A DNA stretch of 64,000 nucleotides. It comes from an uncultured Gammaproteobacteria bacterium (GTDB taxonomy: Bacteria > Patescibacteriota > Microgenomatia > Daviesbacterales > UBA10151). Made by a program: the position numbers and the translations under genes. The stretch spans positions 33,557 to 97,556 of the forward strand of contig CAZYPW010000001.1 of the NCBI GenBank assembly GCA_964649615.1, in the 5' to 3' direction. Shown piece after piece: positions 1 to 10,455 of this stretch; positions within the stretch are counted from its first letter, which is position 1; each line of letters opens with the position of its first letter. The notes beneath the pieces were generated by a model. The model was not told the origin of the DNA. It searched no databases and saw only the letters and a program-made list of their open reading frames with translations.

Positions 1-708
1 TAGGGAAAGTGGTTAAAGCCAGTTGTGTTTGTTTAGGTTTTTCCGGAACAATCACCTTGACAGAAGCTTTAGTTATCGCTGGGGGAGGAGCAATAGACGC
101 ATCTACTGTTTCCAGTTTTTGTTTGATGCCTGAGGCTTGAGTGACTAAACCCTGCAAATCAGATAAAGCCTTATTAACCTCTTGGCTATAATTAGGAGAC
201 AGGGTATGAGGGTTTTGAGCAGCTTGTTTGATTTGGGACAGTTGCCTTTCTGTCTGGATAATTCTCATCTGTAAATTCTGGGCTTGTTTGGCTAAATCAA
301 CAGTTTGTTTTAGTTCTTGATGGGAAGGCAGATCAGCAGGAGCAGCTGGCTGGATGGGTTTGGCAGTCTGCTGGATCGGTTGAGGAGCTGAAGGGCTGAC
401 ACTCGGAACCCTGGACATCCCCGACATGTACGTTAAATACCTGCTTTTAAAAAGTGGCTCATCTTGATAGGTTTTATCCCCTTTTTCCCAAATCCTCTTA
501 GTGGGAGAATAAACAGCCTTAAAAAAAGCAATCACCCATTGGTCTAGCGGACGGGCCTGAATAGGCAAAAAAGCAAAAGCTGCACCTAAAGATGCAGAAA
601 TTATTATTAAGGGCCAGCTGATTAAAGGATATCTGCTGGAAGCAAAGACAAAGAGCAGATAGGCAATGCTTGAGCCAGTAGCAAGATAAATAAACTGTTT
701 GAGGGTCA
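1..708 (-). CDS. 5'-partial at the window edge (N-terminus at 708): membrane protein with two N-terminal TM helices and a Q/A-rich coiled-coil tail. Possibly part of the pilus/T4SS-like locus.
   Basis: An open frame on the minus strand starts at ATG (706-708) and runs off the window start. It is missing from the ORF track because it has no stop inside the window. Its translation begins MTLKQFIYLATGSSIAYLLFVFASS..., with a second hydrophobic helix and then a coiled-coil region. Confidence 0.4.
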
Positions 709-861
709 TATCCCCTACCAGCTTAAATTGGAAGGTAGTTACATTTTGGGGCACAGGATGTTGTTCCATAGTATTTAATATATACATCGTGAAAAAAATG
801 ATGGCAAGCAGCACAAAACAGATCATTATAGGTCAAATATTTGCCACTTGAAAATTAAAGA

Positions 862-881
862 TTTTCAGGATATCCTGAAAA
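862..881. promoter_or_regulatory. Perfect 20-bp palindrome TTTTCAGGATATCCTGAAAA in the divergent intergenic region; candidate operator.
   Basis: Read directly from the sequence. It is its own reverse complement and lies between the minus-strand gene (start 708) and the plus-strand gene at 1075. Confidence 0.35.
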
Positions 882-1074
882 TGTGGTGTTCCATCCCACC
901 TAGCTTTTAGGCAAAGTGGGGAAGGAACAAGGGAACTTGGTGTAAATCCAAGACTGTGCCGCAACTGTAATCGAGAAGCTATAGCTCTGAGCGAGCAAAG
1001 CGAGTCGAAGAGTCAGGAGACCGACCACATTATAACCCTGAGCAAAGTCGAAGGGATCCCGTAGCAGGAAAAAT

Positions 1075-2538
1075 ATGCCAGAACAAGAAACGCTCAAACG
1101 TCCAGAAATTTCACCTCTTATTCAACCTCAAATTGACCCAGGAGGAAAACTGCAGCCTATTTCCTGGCTTAACGATACAAGAATTATACTTAGACCGGAT
1201 GACCGAATTTCCCACCTTGTAGAACCTCAAAGGACTCAAGAAATACCGGTTGCACCTGGATTAGGGAGAAACTCTATTCTTGAAAAAACAGACTGGAATT
1301 CTGAGTTAGAAATAACCACCCTTTTTAAAAACTACAACAGATATACGAAAGAAGGAAAAGCTCCGCAGGAGGCTCTGCAGTTTTCTTTGGAGGAAGTTGA
1401 AGCAAACATCAGAACCTTCACTTTGGAATTTATCCAGGCCAGGCTGGTGATTCCTTTTTTAGTCAGCCTAGATTCCTCATCTGAATATAGCATTCTGTCT
1501 AAATACGATAGCCGTCCTATTGTTTATAAAACCAGTGAACAAGAAAGATTAGGGGGGAATAAGGAAGCAATGATAAAAGTAGATGCTTTTATGAGAGATG
1601 CACCAGTTGGTTCAGTGGCTATTACAAATAGTTCTCCGGGGGAAACCGGCTGGTTTGATAGCCAGGGCAAAAAGATTATTTATGATGATAACCAGATGAC
1701 TTTTTACGTAAAAGATGAGAACAGTTTTTATGCTTTCACCATAGTTTCAGATTTAAATTATGACCAATCAAGAAGTTATTCCATTGGATTTGGTATTGAT
1801 GAAGTAAGGCTGAATGGTAGTACAGAGATGGAAAGAGTTTCTAACTTGGTGAGAAATCCAATTCTACTTTCCCGTCCCCAATCAGGGCAATCTCCAGTTG
1901 ATGATGCGATAAATAGAATCCTGGCCATCAGGGGAACAGGCATGATTAGAATCAAGAAAAAAGATGGTATACCTGAATATAAACCTGTTTCAGAGTTAGT
2001 GGAAGGTATTAAAAATAGAGAAAATATGCTTAATTTTTGTGAGGAAGCAGAGCAGGTAATCAGCCAGCTAAGAGTTTTTGTTTTTTCTCAAATAGATCAG
2101 TTAGGAGATTTTAGTATTCAAGAAACCATTTCTGAGGTGGTTGATAAAGCAATACTTGAAATTACGCGTATAAATCGTCCTAAAAGTTCCAAAACAGAGA
2201 TCAGAAAAGTTAGTCCCAGCAGCGCTGTTTATTTTAATAAACCCACTATAGCTTCATACACCCCAGATGTAGCAGAATGGATGCAAAGAGATTATAGAGG
2301 AGAAATTGCTTATTTAGAAAATCAAAAAGGATGTGCAGGAGGAAGTAGGATGGGGACATTTAGTATTGGTTCTTCTGCAGTAGTATCTTTTGGGGGAGTA
2401 TCTTCATCTGGAAGTAGGATTTTTAGCTTCGGATCTACCTCTTTGGAATCAAGTAAAAAAGGCAAAACCTGTGTTGGCTGTGGCGAGGTAAACTACTGTA
2501 CTAAAGATTGTTATAAATGCGGAGGGATGTTAATTTAA
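1075..2538 (+). CDS. Hypothetical protein with a Gly/Ser-rich, Cys-rich C-terminus (CVGCGEVNYCTKDCYKCGG).
   Basis: Long ORF from the track with no recognisable domain. The C-terminal CxxC...CxxC cluster is consistent with a Zn-ribbon-like tail. Confidence 0.5.
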   Translation: MPEQETLKRPEISPLIQPQIDPGGKLQPISWLNDTRIILRPDDRISHLVEPQRTQEIPVAPGLGRNSILEKTDWNSELEITTLFKNYNRYTKEGKAPQEALQFSLEEVEANIRTFTLEFIQARLVIPFLVSLDSSSEYSILSKYDSRPIVYKTSEQERLGGNKEAMIKVDAFMRDAPVGSVAITNSSPGETGWFDSQGKKIIYDDNQMTFYVKDENSFYAFTIVSDLNYDQSRSYSIGFGIDEVRLNGSTEMERVSNLVRNPILLSRPQSGQSPVDDAINRILAIRGTGMIRIKKKDGIPEYKPVSELVEGIKNRENMLNFCEEAEQVISQLRVFVFSQIDQLGDFSIQETISEVVDKAILEITRINRPKSSKTEIRKVSPSSAVYFNKPTIASYTPDVAEWMQRDYRGEIAYLENQKGCAGGSRMGTFSIGSSAVVSFGGVSSSGSRIFSFGSTSLESSKKGKTCVGCGEVNYCTKDCYKCGGMLI

Positions 2539-2653
2539 ACATTGACAAGGTTAGCTAAGTTAGACAATATAAAATCATGCAAACAGTTAGCCTTACTCAA
2601 ACAAAGATAAATTTTTACTAAGCAGGGAAAACCAGTGGTAAAGCTAGAAACTT

Positions 2654-3025
2654 ATGGCAGAAGTAACGAATTTGACAAATCGTAAGGTTTGTTATAATAT
2701 TAGAGATATGTTAAACACAAACATTGTTTCTATAGATGAACTTCGTTCTAACCTGGCTGATATTATCAACCGCGTAACATATGCTAATGATAAGGTAGTG
2801 GTTAAAAAGTACAACCGGGAAGCAGCTGTTCTTATCAGTTTGGATGAATACGAAAAGCTTTTGGATCCTAGGAAGAGGTTAAGCAAGACTGCATGGGAAA
2901 AAAGTTTCAAAAAACTTGATAAAATACGAGCTAGAATCCCTAAAATGGACCCAGTAGAATTAGATAAAATTATTGATGAGGAGGTGGAAGTGGTTAGGGC
3001 AGAGAAAAGGGCTAGAGGTGAATGA
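2654..3025 (+). CDS. Phd/YefM-family antitoxin.
   Basis: N-terminal IVSIDELRSNLADIINRV...VVVKKYNREAAVLISLDEYEKLL matches the Phd/YefM fold. It overlaps the downstream PIN gene by 4 nt (ATGA). Confidence 0.65.
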   Translation: MAEVTNLTNRKVCYNIRDMLNTNIVSIDELRSNLADIINRVTYANDKVVVKKYNREAAVLISLDEYEKLLDPRKRLSKTAWEKSFKKLDKIRARIPKMDPVELDKIIDEEVEVVRAEKRARGE

Positions 3026-3450
3026 TTCGAACAGTATTAGACACGAATACTTTAGTTAGCGCTGTTATCAACATTGGATCGTCTGTAGCTGCTGAGATTT
3101 ATCAAAATTGCAAAGATAATCACTTTGTACTGGTAATTTCTCCACAAATTTTGTCAGAGCTTGATGAAGTTTTGCATCGAGAAAAAGTGATAAAAGCCCA
3201 CAAAAGATCTGATAAAGAGTTACAGGAGATAATGAACGGATTATCCAGAGTCAGTTTATCTGTCACCGGTAATTTTAGAATAGAAGTAGTAAGAGATCCA
3301 TCAGATGATAAAATTCTTTCAGCAGCGCTTGAAGGGAAAGCTGATTATATTGTCAGTAGAGATAGAGATTTACTTGACCTTAATCAATACCAAGGGATTA
3401 AAATTATCACCCCCGAAGAATTTATGGGAATTCTTAGAGCAAATAAATAA
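3022..3450 (+). CDS. PIN-domain toxin (VapC-like).
   Basis: VLDTNTLVSAVIN...DDKILSAALEGKADYIVSRDRDLL carries PIN acidic-residue motifs. It is translationally coupled to the upstream antitoxin. Confidence 0.7.
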   Translation: MIRTVLDTNTLVSAVINIGSSVAAEIYQNCKDNHFVLVISPQILSELDEVLHREKVIKAHKRSDKELQEIMNGLSRVSLSVTGNFRIEVVRDPSDDKILSAALEGKADYIVSRDRDLLDLNQYQGIKIITPEEFMGILRANK

Positions 3451-3603
3451 TCCAAGCTCAATCCCGTCAGGATTATGTTAGTTTTTAATCAAGCTACTTT
3501 ATAACTTTTTTAGTAAGATAGACTCGTCAAGTAAGTTGACACAAAGTTTGGGAAATTCTATGCTGGATAAAGGCCATAGAATTTTTCCAAGAAAGGAAAA
3601 TAT

Positions 3604-6600
3604 ATGGCAGAAAGAATTATGGCAGATGCAGGGATACCAACAGAAGGAGCTTCACCAACAGAGCCAGCAACTGGTCCATCTCCAGAAGCAGGTGTTCAAC
3701 AGTCTGTCAAATCAGTTGGTTTTTTGGAAGAATACGACCCAAGTAAAAATTATACTTTTAGGCAAGAAGGCATTTACTCTGTTGCTGTTGATCCGCAAAC
3801 AGGTAAAGAAGTAGCCAGAGTACCAAGAATAGAAGGAGGAGCTTTACCTAATTGGCTTAAACCGTTCAGCCCTACTTTTAATAGTTTTTTTCAAGATTAC
3901 ACTAGAGTTTCAAAAGAATTTGCAGAAATAGAAGCTGTTCCTCGCCAGCATGTTCCGCGTCCCCACCGCTTTGAGTTTCATGCAATGTATGATCAACGGT
4001 TTAGGGAGTTTCATAGAGTTAAAACAGGCGTTGACCAATTTGTTGATAGTGCTTTGCAAAGAGGGCTTCTACATTTTGTTATTAATGATTTAAAAGCTTT
4101 GCATGTGCGTGCAACTCAACGTGTTAGCCGCTCAGAATTTGGATCTGAATCAGCTTCAGACTGGCAAGCTGAGCTGCGCAATTTTGCAGAAGGAGGCTAT
4201 AAGGAAACATTCTGGAATTATGGAGACGATGTTTTAAGAGCAGTATTTGGCAATATTCCCATAACAGTATTGCGTGAACAGTATGAAGGTGTAGGAGCTT
4301 TTGTAGCCTCCAAAATAGCAATTGCTTTAGAAAAAGACCTCAAAGGAATTGCTTTATCACCAGGCGAACTAGGCGATAGAATTTTTAGAGAGATAAAGGA
4401 AGATCGAAATCGGGCAGAAGAAAGAAGAAGAGAAAGAGCTACTGCTGATGAGATGTTGACATATAGTGATTGGAGAGAACGCTTTGATTTTAACTGGGCG
4501 CAAACCCCTGAAGAGCTGGAACTTTCCGTTTTTGCCTGGCTGGAGAAATTTGTGGCCCATTTGCCAGAAGCCACAATAGAAGAACTTAACAATGAATCAC
4601 TTACCTGGAAACGCAATGCTGTCAGTGCTCTGGAAAAAGCAGCTAACAGGTTGCGTATTTCAGAAAAAGACCCTTTTTATAAAGAACTAAAAGGTACAAT
4701 TGAGGGATATGTTGAGGTGCTCCGGGGAGTAAAGTTTTTGGAAACAGATGGTGGAGCCGAAGCCCACACGGTTGCCCTGGAAGAATTTGCCCATAATTTT
4801 AATGAAAAGCATGATGCTATTTATTTAGGCAATGCCAAATCTGCCATTATTCAAGCCTTTCTTGCCAAGCATAAGAATATTGCGATGGGAGATGATGGAA
4901 ATATTGAGAAGCCTCAATTCGGTGATATAGAAGATTTCAGGGGGAATATAGAAGAGCAGGCCAAAAGATATGCAGCAACCCATGAATTATATATCAGACC
5001 AGAAGATTTTGAGGAGAGAAGGATACAAAATAACGAGGGTTACGGGTGGGATGATGTAGTTGAGGAATTATTGCTTGTAGATAGTAGAGGTATGGCTCAA
5101 GCAGCTGTTTTAACAGATCCTATTGCTCAGGCAGAAGCTATAGTAAAAGTAGCTACCAGGACAGGTGTATTCAAAAACATAAAAGAAAGGTTAGACAAAG
5201 AAGAAGGATTTGACAGCTTGACTGTAGATCAAAGAAGGGATGTTATCAGAGACAGGATAAAAGCCAAGATTAGCCTGGCAGGTAATCAGCAGTTGCTCAG
5301 TGAAATTAATGCCATGAATCAAACAGAAGCTGACCAGGCATTATGGAAATACGTAAGAGATTTTAACCGAAAAATGGAAAGCCAGGGCCATAGGCTCTGG
5401 TTCCCCAGTAACTGGGATACAGTTAGATTAAGCATTAATAGGTCAACTAAGTTAGTAGACAGGGTTTTATCTGAAGAAGAACTGGAGGCCATGATAGAAG
5501 AAGTCAGCCCTTTTGTTATAGGTGGTAAACCAATTATGATTGATAAATTAACCCCTGAACAGATTGAGGCAGAAATAGCAAAAATAGCCGGGTTAAGTAC
5601 TACACAGAAGAGAGAACTACTGGAAGATGCTTTATTTGATAAACAACAAAGAGAAACTGAGGCAGAGAGGGCCTTTAATATCAATAGAGCTTATCAAAAA
5701 TTCTTAGGAGTGGATGCTAGGTGGGGCGGTATGGCTGTCAGAGTAGTTAATGATGATGGAGAGGTAGTACTAAGAAACGTCTGGGATATAGCACAAGAGA
5801 TATTGAAAGCCAAGATTGATGCAGAAGAGGCAGTTATCGAAGCCCAAGTGATTACCCACGAGGCAGCATTAAGAGCAAGAGGCGGATTAACAGCTGCTGA
5901 AATAGAGAAAGCAGTAACTGAAAGAAGAAGAATGTTAAGGCGGGATTCCACATTTGGCGCTACCTTAGCCTTAAGAGAAATAGGCATTGCTAACGATTTG
6001 CCAATCTGGAATTACTATTATTACAATGATCCTCAACGCATTCAAACTTTTGCCCCACTTGTAGGATATACCCATAATGATAAGACAGAAATAATAGAAC
6101 TTTTAGATAGGGGCAGAAGAGAAATGAGGGCGGTTTGGGATTATCTGGCAGATACTTATATGGATGGTAAAATCTTAATGGTAAAAGATGAACCAAATGT
6201 AACAGTAGATGCAAGCGGCCAGCCAGCAAATTTCCATCAAGAGAGAATGGATCGGGCAAGGGTCATTAATGAGGCTGGTGTATCAGTTTTAAGAGAAGTA
6301 TTTGAAGCCAGGTTTCAGCTTTCAACCAGTGGTGGAGTAGAAGTAGTTGACCTAATTTCCAGGGTAGGAGATTTAGGAATATATGATTTGCTTTGGGAAA
6401 TGGGGTGTAAGGATTTTAGGGAGTTTCAGGGATTTATTAAAAGAAGAGATGAAGTGGAGCTAAGAAAACAAAGTTTTTGGAATATCAGACAGTGGAGGGA
6501 CCCAATTACTTATGCAAAAAGGTTACGAGGGGCACATGCTGCCAGGCCATACCTGACAGGAGGAGATGTCAAAGGACAACGCAAACCTGGCTTGCTTCAG

Positions 6601-7377
6601 GAACCAATGATGGGTGCTTATAAATTTAGAGATGCGTTTGTTGATAGAAATAGCTGGGGAGGTAGTGGAAGCAGTGAAATAAAAAATAAAATAGATCAGA
6701 CTAACAGCGAGTTTAAGAAAGTACTCCAAGAGATTCTTGAGAATGATGGGAATTTTGCGAAATTAACTGTGCAAGAGCAAGATAAAGTGGTCGAAACAGG
6801 AGCTGGCATCTTAAGCACCCTGATAGAATATATGGAGGCTCTAAGGTATAAGATGAACAGAGCCGGGCTGGCTCCCAAAAATTGGAAATTGGACAATGAA
6901 TTAATATTTAGGCATTATGCCATAGAATTGTTAAAGAGGGCTCCATTACCAGGCAAAGCAGAAATCTTGGGAGGGGGTGAAAAGTTAGGAGATCAGGATT
7001 TAGGTTATGCTGTACAAGGCAGAAGTAAGTTGGCTATTAAGATATATGAAAATATTTTAAGAACCAGTTCTTACCATATTCTAGTGGGAAAAGACCGTCA
7101 AGTTTTTGATGATAAAGGTGTGGAGATTAAAGCAAGGATGGATACTGAACGAGCAAGGATACAGGCACAACCGTTAACTCCTGAACAACAGAACAGAGTT
7201 AATGCAAGAAGGACTTATCTAGCCTCTCTTAATACCACACCAGATATGCTAAATGAGGAGATTGCTAGATTAGAAAAACACTACAGGGAAGAAAGGCTCC
7301 ATAAAGAATTTGTGGGAGAGTGGCCAGCTAAATTAGCAGAAGCTGCCGAGCAATTACTACCGTTAAAACTTGGGTAA
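3604..7377 (+). CDS. Very large (1257 aa) soluble protein of unknown function; charged and coiled-coil rich.
   Basis: Uninterrupted ORF with no TM segments and no motif I recognise. It lies immediately upstream of the pilus/T4SS-like locus. Confidence 0.6.
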   Translation: MAERIMADAGIPTEGASPTEPATGPSPEAGVQQSVKSVGFLEEYDPSKNYTFRQEGIYSVAVDPQTGKEVARVPRIEGGALPNWLKPFSPTFNSFFQDYTRVSKEFAEIEAVPRQHVPRPHRFEFHAMYDQRFREFHRVKTGVDQFVDSALQRGLLHFVINDLKALHVRATQRVSRSEFGSESASDWQAELRNFAEGGYKETFWNYGDDVLRAVFGNIPITVLREQYEGVGAFVASKIAIALEKDLKGIALSPGELGDRIFREIKEDRNRAEERRRERATADEMLTYSDWRERFDFNWAQTPEELELSVFAWLEKFVAHLPEATIEELNNESLTWKRNAVSALEKAANRLRISEKDPFYKELKGTIEGYVEVLRGVKFLETDGGAEAHTVALEEFAHNFNEKHDAIYLGNAKSAIIQAFLAKHKNIAMGDDGNIEKPQFGDIEDFRGNIEEQAKRYAATHELYIRPEDFEERRIQNNEGYGWDDVVEELLLVDSRGMAQAAVLTDPIAQAEAIVKVATRTGVFKNIKERLDKEEGFDSLTVDQRRDVIRDRIKAKISLAGNQQLLSEINAMNQTEADQALWKYVRDFNRKMESQGHRLWFPSNWDTVRLSINRSTKLVDRVLSEEELEAMIEEVSPFVIGGKPIMIDKLTPEQIEAEIAKIAGLSTTQKRELLEDALFDKQQRETEAERAFNINRAYQKFLGVDARWGGMAVRVVNDDGEVVLRNVWDIAQEILKAKIDAEEAVIEAQVITHEAALRARGGLTAAEIEKAVTERRRMLRRDSTFGATLALREIGIANDLPIWNYYYYNDPQRIQTFAPLVGYTHNDKTEIIELLDRGRREMRAVWDYLADTYMDGKILMVKDEPNVTVDASGQPANFHQERMDRARVINEAGVSVLREVFEARFQLSTSGGVEVVDLISRVGDLGIYDLLWEMGCKDFREFQGFIKRRDEVELRKQSFWNIRQWRDPITYAKRLRGAHAARPYLTGGDVKGQRKPGLLQEPMMGAYKFRDAFVDRNSWGGSGSSEIKNKIDQTNSEFKKVLQEILENDGNFAKLTVQEQDKVVETGAGILSTLIEYMEALRYKMNRAGLAPKNWKLDNELIFRHYAIELLKRAPLPGKAEILGGGEKLGDQDLGYAVQGRSKLAIKIYENILRTSSYHILVGKDRQVFDDKGVEIKARMDTERARIQAQPLTPEQQNRVNARRTYLASLNTTPDMLNEEIARLEKHYREERLHKEFVGEWPAKLAEAAEQLLPLKLG

Positions 7378-7392
7378 TGTAAACTCTTTGTA

Positions 7393-9174
7393 TTAAGGCG
7401 ATTTTCTTTTCCACTTAAGAGGATTCCAGGGTGAAGCACTTCGATCTATGAATGTTCCTATACCGGGTTTCGTAGGACCATATTCGAATCCTCCAGTGCC
7501 AGGGTTAAGATAGTATCCCTTCTCTCCAAAAATATTCTGTTTAAACATTCCCCCTTGGCCACGAATAGCACCTGCTCCTTGTTCATAGTATCCTCTACCA
7601 CCCCTGATACCTCCTGATACTTCCTGTCCAATTAATTGTCCTGCCTGGCCCATTTTACCAATAGCGCTGACAATTATATCCGGAATTTTAGGCAATGCCA
7701 TTAAAGCTCCAAAAGCCAGTAAAATCTTAATAAATCCTAAATCTAAACCTCCAAACAAAGGGAAAGCAGTACCCTCTACAATATTAATTTTATCTGCGGC
7801 ATATACCGCTGGGACAAAGCTACTTTCTTCCATCTGGTTTGATTGAGTTACTTTAAGGGGGCCACCATAATCCTGACCCATTAAAAAGGCTACGAAATAA
7901 AATACAGCTAAAACAGCAGGAAATACTAAGATATTAGCAAGCAGCTTCAGCATCCAGCCGGTAGCAATGCTCTGCCTGCCTGGTAAAGCAGCTGCTAAAA
8001 AATGAAAAGGGGCACTAATTGTTAGGAAAATAATTGTTAAATAACTAGCGAGTAAACGCAAAAGCAGTTTTAACATCTGATATATTAGGGCAAAGGTGGC
8101 GATAAAACTTAACATCAATCCTACCCATGTGGTAGGAAAAGTAGCCACTGTTACCCCAGCAACTAGATTTATTAAAGGACTGGCAATCAGCCCATAAGGA
8201 GGAGGGATAGCTCCTGACAAGGGACTGATAAGTTGAGCACTAATAAAACCTGCCAGCAGCCTGATATAAAATTGAGTTTCACCGTTCATTTTCTCTAGGA
8301 TAGCGCCTAAGGCTTTAGAGGCATCATCCCAGGTAATGATATTTAGGAAGGGGCTAAAAATACTCAACATACTCTCAACAGAGATATGTTGTACTAGGTT
8401 TGTTCTTTGGGGATCATCTAGCTCATTTTGAGCAGCAGCAAAGAAATAACCCACAGCATTTGTGCCTATAAAAGCCGTATCTGAGATAGCTGCTGCCATA
8501 AAGTAACTGAATGTGATAAGGATCAGACCAAGTACTAATCCTGGTAATGCAGCCTGTGCTGTGATTACAGTTTGAGGATTAATTCTATTTCTAAACATTA
8601 CCATTAACCCAATAACTACAAAGATAATCACCATAATTAAGTAAGCTATATTTCTTGACACTTCCCAAAGTCTCAATACTGGATCTAAAACCCTAGCTGC
8701 TGATCCTACTACTTGAGCATTAACGGGTTTTACTATGCCAAATCCCTTTCCCACATAAGCTATATAATTGACTGTTCTAACAGGAGGATTGGTATACAAA
8801 GCAGTAATTAAGGAAGTTGTTGAACCTAATACCCCTCCTGATAAATCAACTTGGGATAAAACCGGTACCCCGGAAACATAAGTTAAACAAGGCTGGCCAA
8901 TTACAGATTGGCCAATCCCTAAACAAGAAAAAGTATGAAACATATTATGGATTAAAAGATCAGTGTAGATGGGAGAGGTGGGGGAGATGGTAGATGGTAG
9001 ATGGTAGTTGGTAGTTGGTAGTGGAGAAGCAGAAGGGGTAGATGTCTGAGCATGGATAGGAGTAGCATAAAGCGTAAAAGTTAAAAGGCAAAAGGTAAAA
9101 GTCAAAAATGCAAGTAAAAAGTAAAAAGTTTTTAGAAATTTTGAATTTTGAATTGTAATTTTGACATTTGACAT
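7393..9174 (-). CDS. Polytopic membrane protein; VirB6/TrbL/CedA-like candidate channel component.
   Basis: N-terminal signal peptide, then a ~130-aa exported segment, at least 6 TM helices, and a Gly-rich C-terminal tail. It sits directly adjacent to the tandem pilin-like genes. Confidence 0.4.
   Translation of the reverse strand: MSNVKITIQNSKFLKTFYFLLAFLTFTFCLLTFTLYATPIHAQTSTPSASPLPTTNYHLPSTISPTSPIYTDLLIHNMFHTFSCLGIGQSVIGQPCLTYVSGVPVLSQVDLSGGVLGSTTSLITALYTNPPVRTVNYIAYVGKGFGIVKPVNAQVVGSAARVLDPVLRLWEVSRNIAYLIMVIIFVVIGLMVMFRNRINPQTVITAQAALPGLVLGLILITFSYFMAAAISDTAFIGTNAVGYFFAAAQNELDDPQRTNLVQHISVESMLSIFSPFLNIITWDDASKALGAILEKMNGETQFYIRLLAGFISAQLISPLSGAIPPPYGLIASPLINLVAGVTVATFPTTWVGLMLSFIATFALIYQMLKLLLRLLASYLTIIFLTISAPFHFLAAALPGRQSIATGWMLKLLANILVFPAVLAVFYFVAFLMGQDYGGPLKVTQSNQMEESSFVPAVYAADKINIVEGTAFPLFGGLDLGFIKILLAFGALMALPKIPDIIVSAIGKMGQAGQLIGQEVSGGIRGGRGYYEQGAGAIRGQGGMFKQNIFGEKGYYLNPGTGGFEYGPTKPGIGTFIDRSASPWNPLKWKRKSP
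9089..9163. repeat. Left arm of a ~75-nt inverted repeat; encodes KITIQNSKFLKTFYFLLAFLTF in the 593-aa membrane protein.
   Basis: Its reverse complement is nearly identical to 13915-13990. Confidence 0.85.
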
Positions 9175-9229
9175 TTGAATTTTGACCTTTCTTCCTAAGA
9201 TTAAACCAAAACTTAAATACTTTCAAGTT

Positions 9230-9538
9230 TTAAGGTTTGCACCAATCAGTGCCACCAAAGTTACATAAAATTCCAATATTAAAAGAAGTTACCTCAACTC
9301 CTGTGGCTATTTGTATGAGCTGTAGTATCAGCCACCCTACTGCCATAAAAACTATGCCTAAGAGTGCCCAGGTAATGGTCATTTTGGCAGCTTCCAAGTT
9401 TTTAGGGTCTCCACCTGACCTTAAATATTTATATCCTGCAAAAGTAATCATCACAAACATAGTAATAATCCCCAAGCCTACAATTGAGGAAATGATGCTA
9501 TTTAAAATATCTTGTATTTGTTGTAATCCAGCAGGCAT
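9230..9538 (-). CDS. VirB2/TrbC-like (T4SS-type) pilin paralog.
   Basis: Small two-TM protein with the conserved loop AGYKYLRSGGDPKNLEAAKMTITWALLG, which is shared with its neighbours. Confidence 0.5.
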   Translation of the reverse strand: MPAGLQQIQDILNSIISSIVGLGIITMFVMITFAGYKYLRSGGDPKNLEAAKMTITWALLGIVFMAVGWLILQLIQIATGVEVTSFNIGILCNFGGTDWCKP

Positions 9539-9589
9539 ATATCTAAAGTAACACTATATCAAATACGATGGTATATATAAATTAATTAA

Positions 9590-9964
9590 TTACGGAGCGG
9601 TAGGTATGGTAATCTTTGTTAGGCCACCGCTAAATCCTAAGAATTCAGCTGCCACATTTGCCAAAGCAAAAGCCACTGCCAAAACTGCCAGCCCAATTAG
9701 GGCATTAACTATTTTACTTCTGGCTTTGCCAACAGCTTCTTTATCTCCGCCAGAAGTAATCCAATCAAATGCTCCCCATACCAGATAGATTAATACTAAA
9801 AGTAAGGCCACAGCAAAAGCCAGTTGTATAACATTACCTATAAATACCCCTATATCTTTATAGCCTTGGGTAGGGGCTTGAATATTAAGATCAAAAACAG
9901 CATAAGCACTGGCTGCTGCAATAAAATAAGTTACAGCAGAAGAAACAATGGCTAATTTTTTCAT
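9590..9964 (-). CDS. VirB2/TrbC-like pilin paralog.
   Basis: Signal peptide, then TM, then the motif LVWGAFDWITSGGDKEAVGKARSKIVNALIGL, then a second TM. Confidence 0.55.
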   Translation of the reverse strand: MKKLAIVSSAVTYFIAAASAYAVFDLNIQAPTQGYKDIGVFIGNVIQLAFAVALLLVLIYLVWGAFDWITSGGDKEAVGKARSKIVNALIGLAVLAVAFALANVAAEFLGFSGGLTKITIPTAP

Positions 9965-10017
9965 TACTTATTTAAGTATATCTCTATTAAAAATATCTTG
10001 TCAAGTCCCGGTTAATT

Positions 10018-10455
10018 CTATCTGCAATCTGCTGCTTCTTCACCAGGGAAACAAATTCGTTTACAACTTTTAGAAGATGAATCATATGAGTATCCAGGTG
10101 AACAAGAGTTTGTGGAGAAGAAGCTAAAGCCTGTAAATTTCCCAAAAACTGCAATTATGGCAAAAGCTGCTGCAAATAAAAGTATGCCGATCATGGCATG
10201 GATGATCTTTTGTTGGGCTTGTTGGACTTTTTCCTTTTGCCCTTCAGAAGTAATCCAATCAAATGCTCCCCAAAGGATCATAAAAAGAAAAAATACTGCT
10301 GCTACAGCATAGATCAGCCCTATCAAATTACTGAAAAATTTGCTTATTCCTGTTGCCCCACTTAGATTTCCTTGTGTGAAAGGATCTAATTCTGGTGGCG
10401 GTTTTATGGCACCAAATATATCTTTAAAATCTGCAGCCAGTTTCATATTAGCCAA
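10018..10455 (-). CDS. VirB2/TrbC-like pilin paralog with a Cys-rich C-terminal tail.
   Basis: Carries the motif ILWGAFDWITSEGQKEKVQQAQQKIIHAMIGIL. The C-terminus is ...CSPGYSYDSSSKSCKRICFPGEEAADCR. Confidence 0.55.
   Translation of the reverse strand: MANMKLAADFKDIFGAIKPPPELDPFTQGNLSGATGISKFFSNLIGLIYAVAAVFFLFMILWGAFDWITSEGQKEKVQQAQQKIIHAMIGILLFAAAFAIIAVFGKFTGFSFFSTNSCSPGYSYDSSSKSCKRICFPGEEAADCR

Noticed and set aside
900-1097. 65-aa minus-strand ORF in the divergent intergenic region.
   Set aside because: It overlaps the start of the 1075 gene and two GC-rich repeat copies. No supporting features.
3536-6896. Short ORFs nested inside or antisense to the 1257-aa gene.
   Set aside because: They are fully contained in a long uninterrupted ORF with consistent codon usage. 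No independent support.
9237-10312. Plus-strand ORFs 9237-9551, 9606-9788 and 10112-10312, antisense to pilin genes.
   Set aside because: The minus-strand frames carry signal peptides and the conserved pilin motif shared by five paralogs. The antisense frames have neither.
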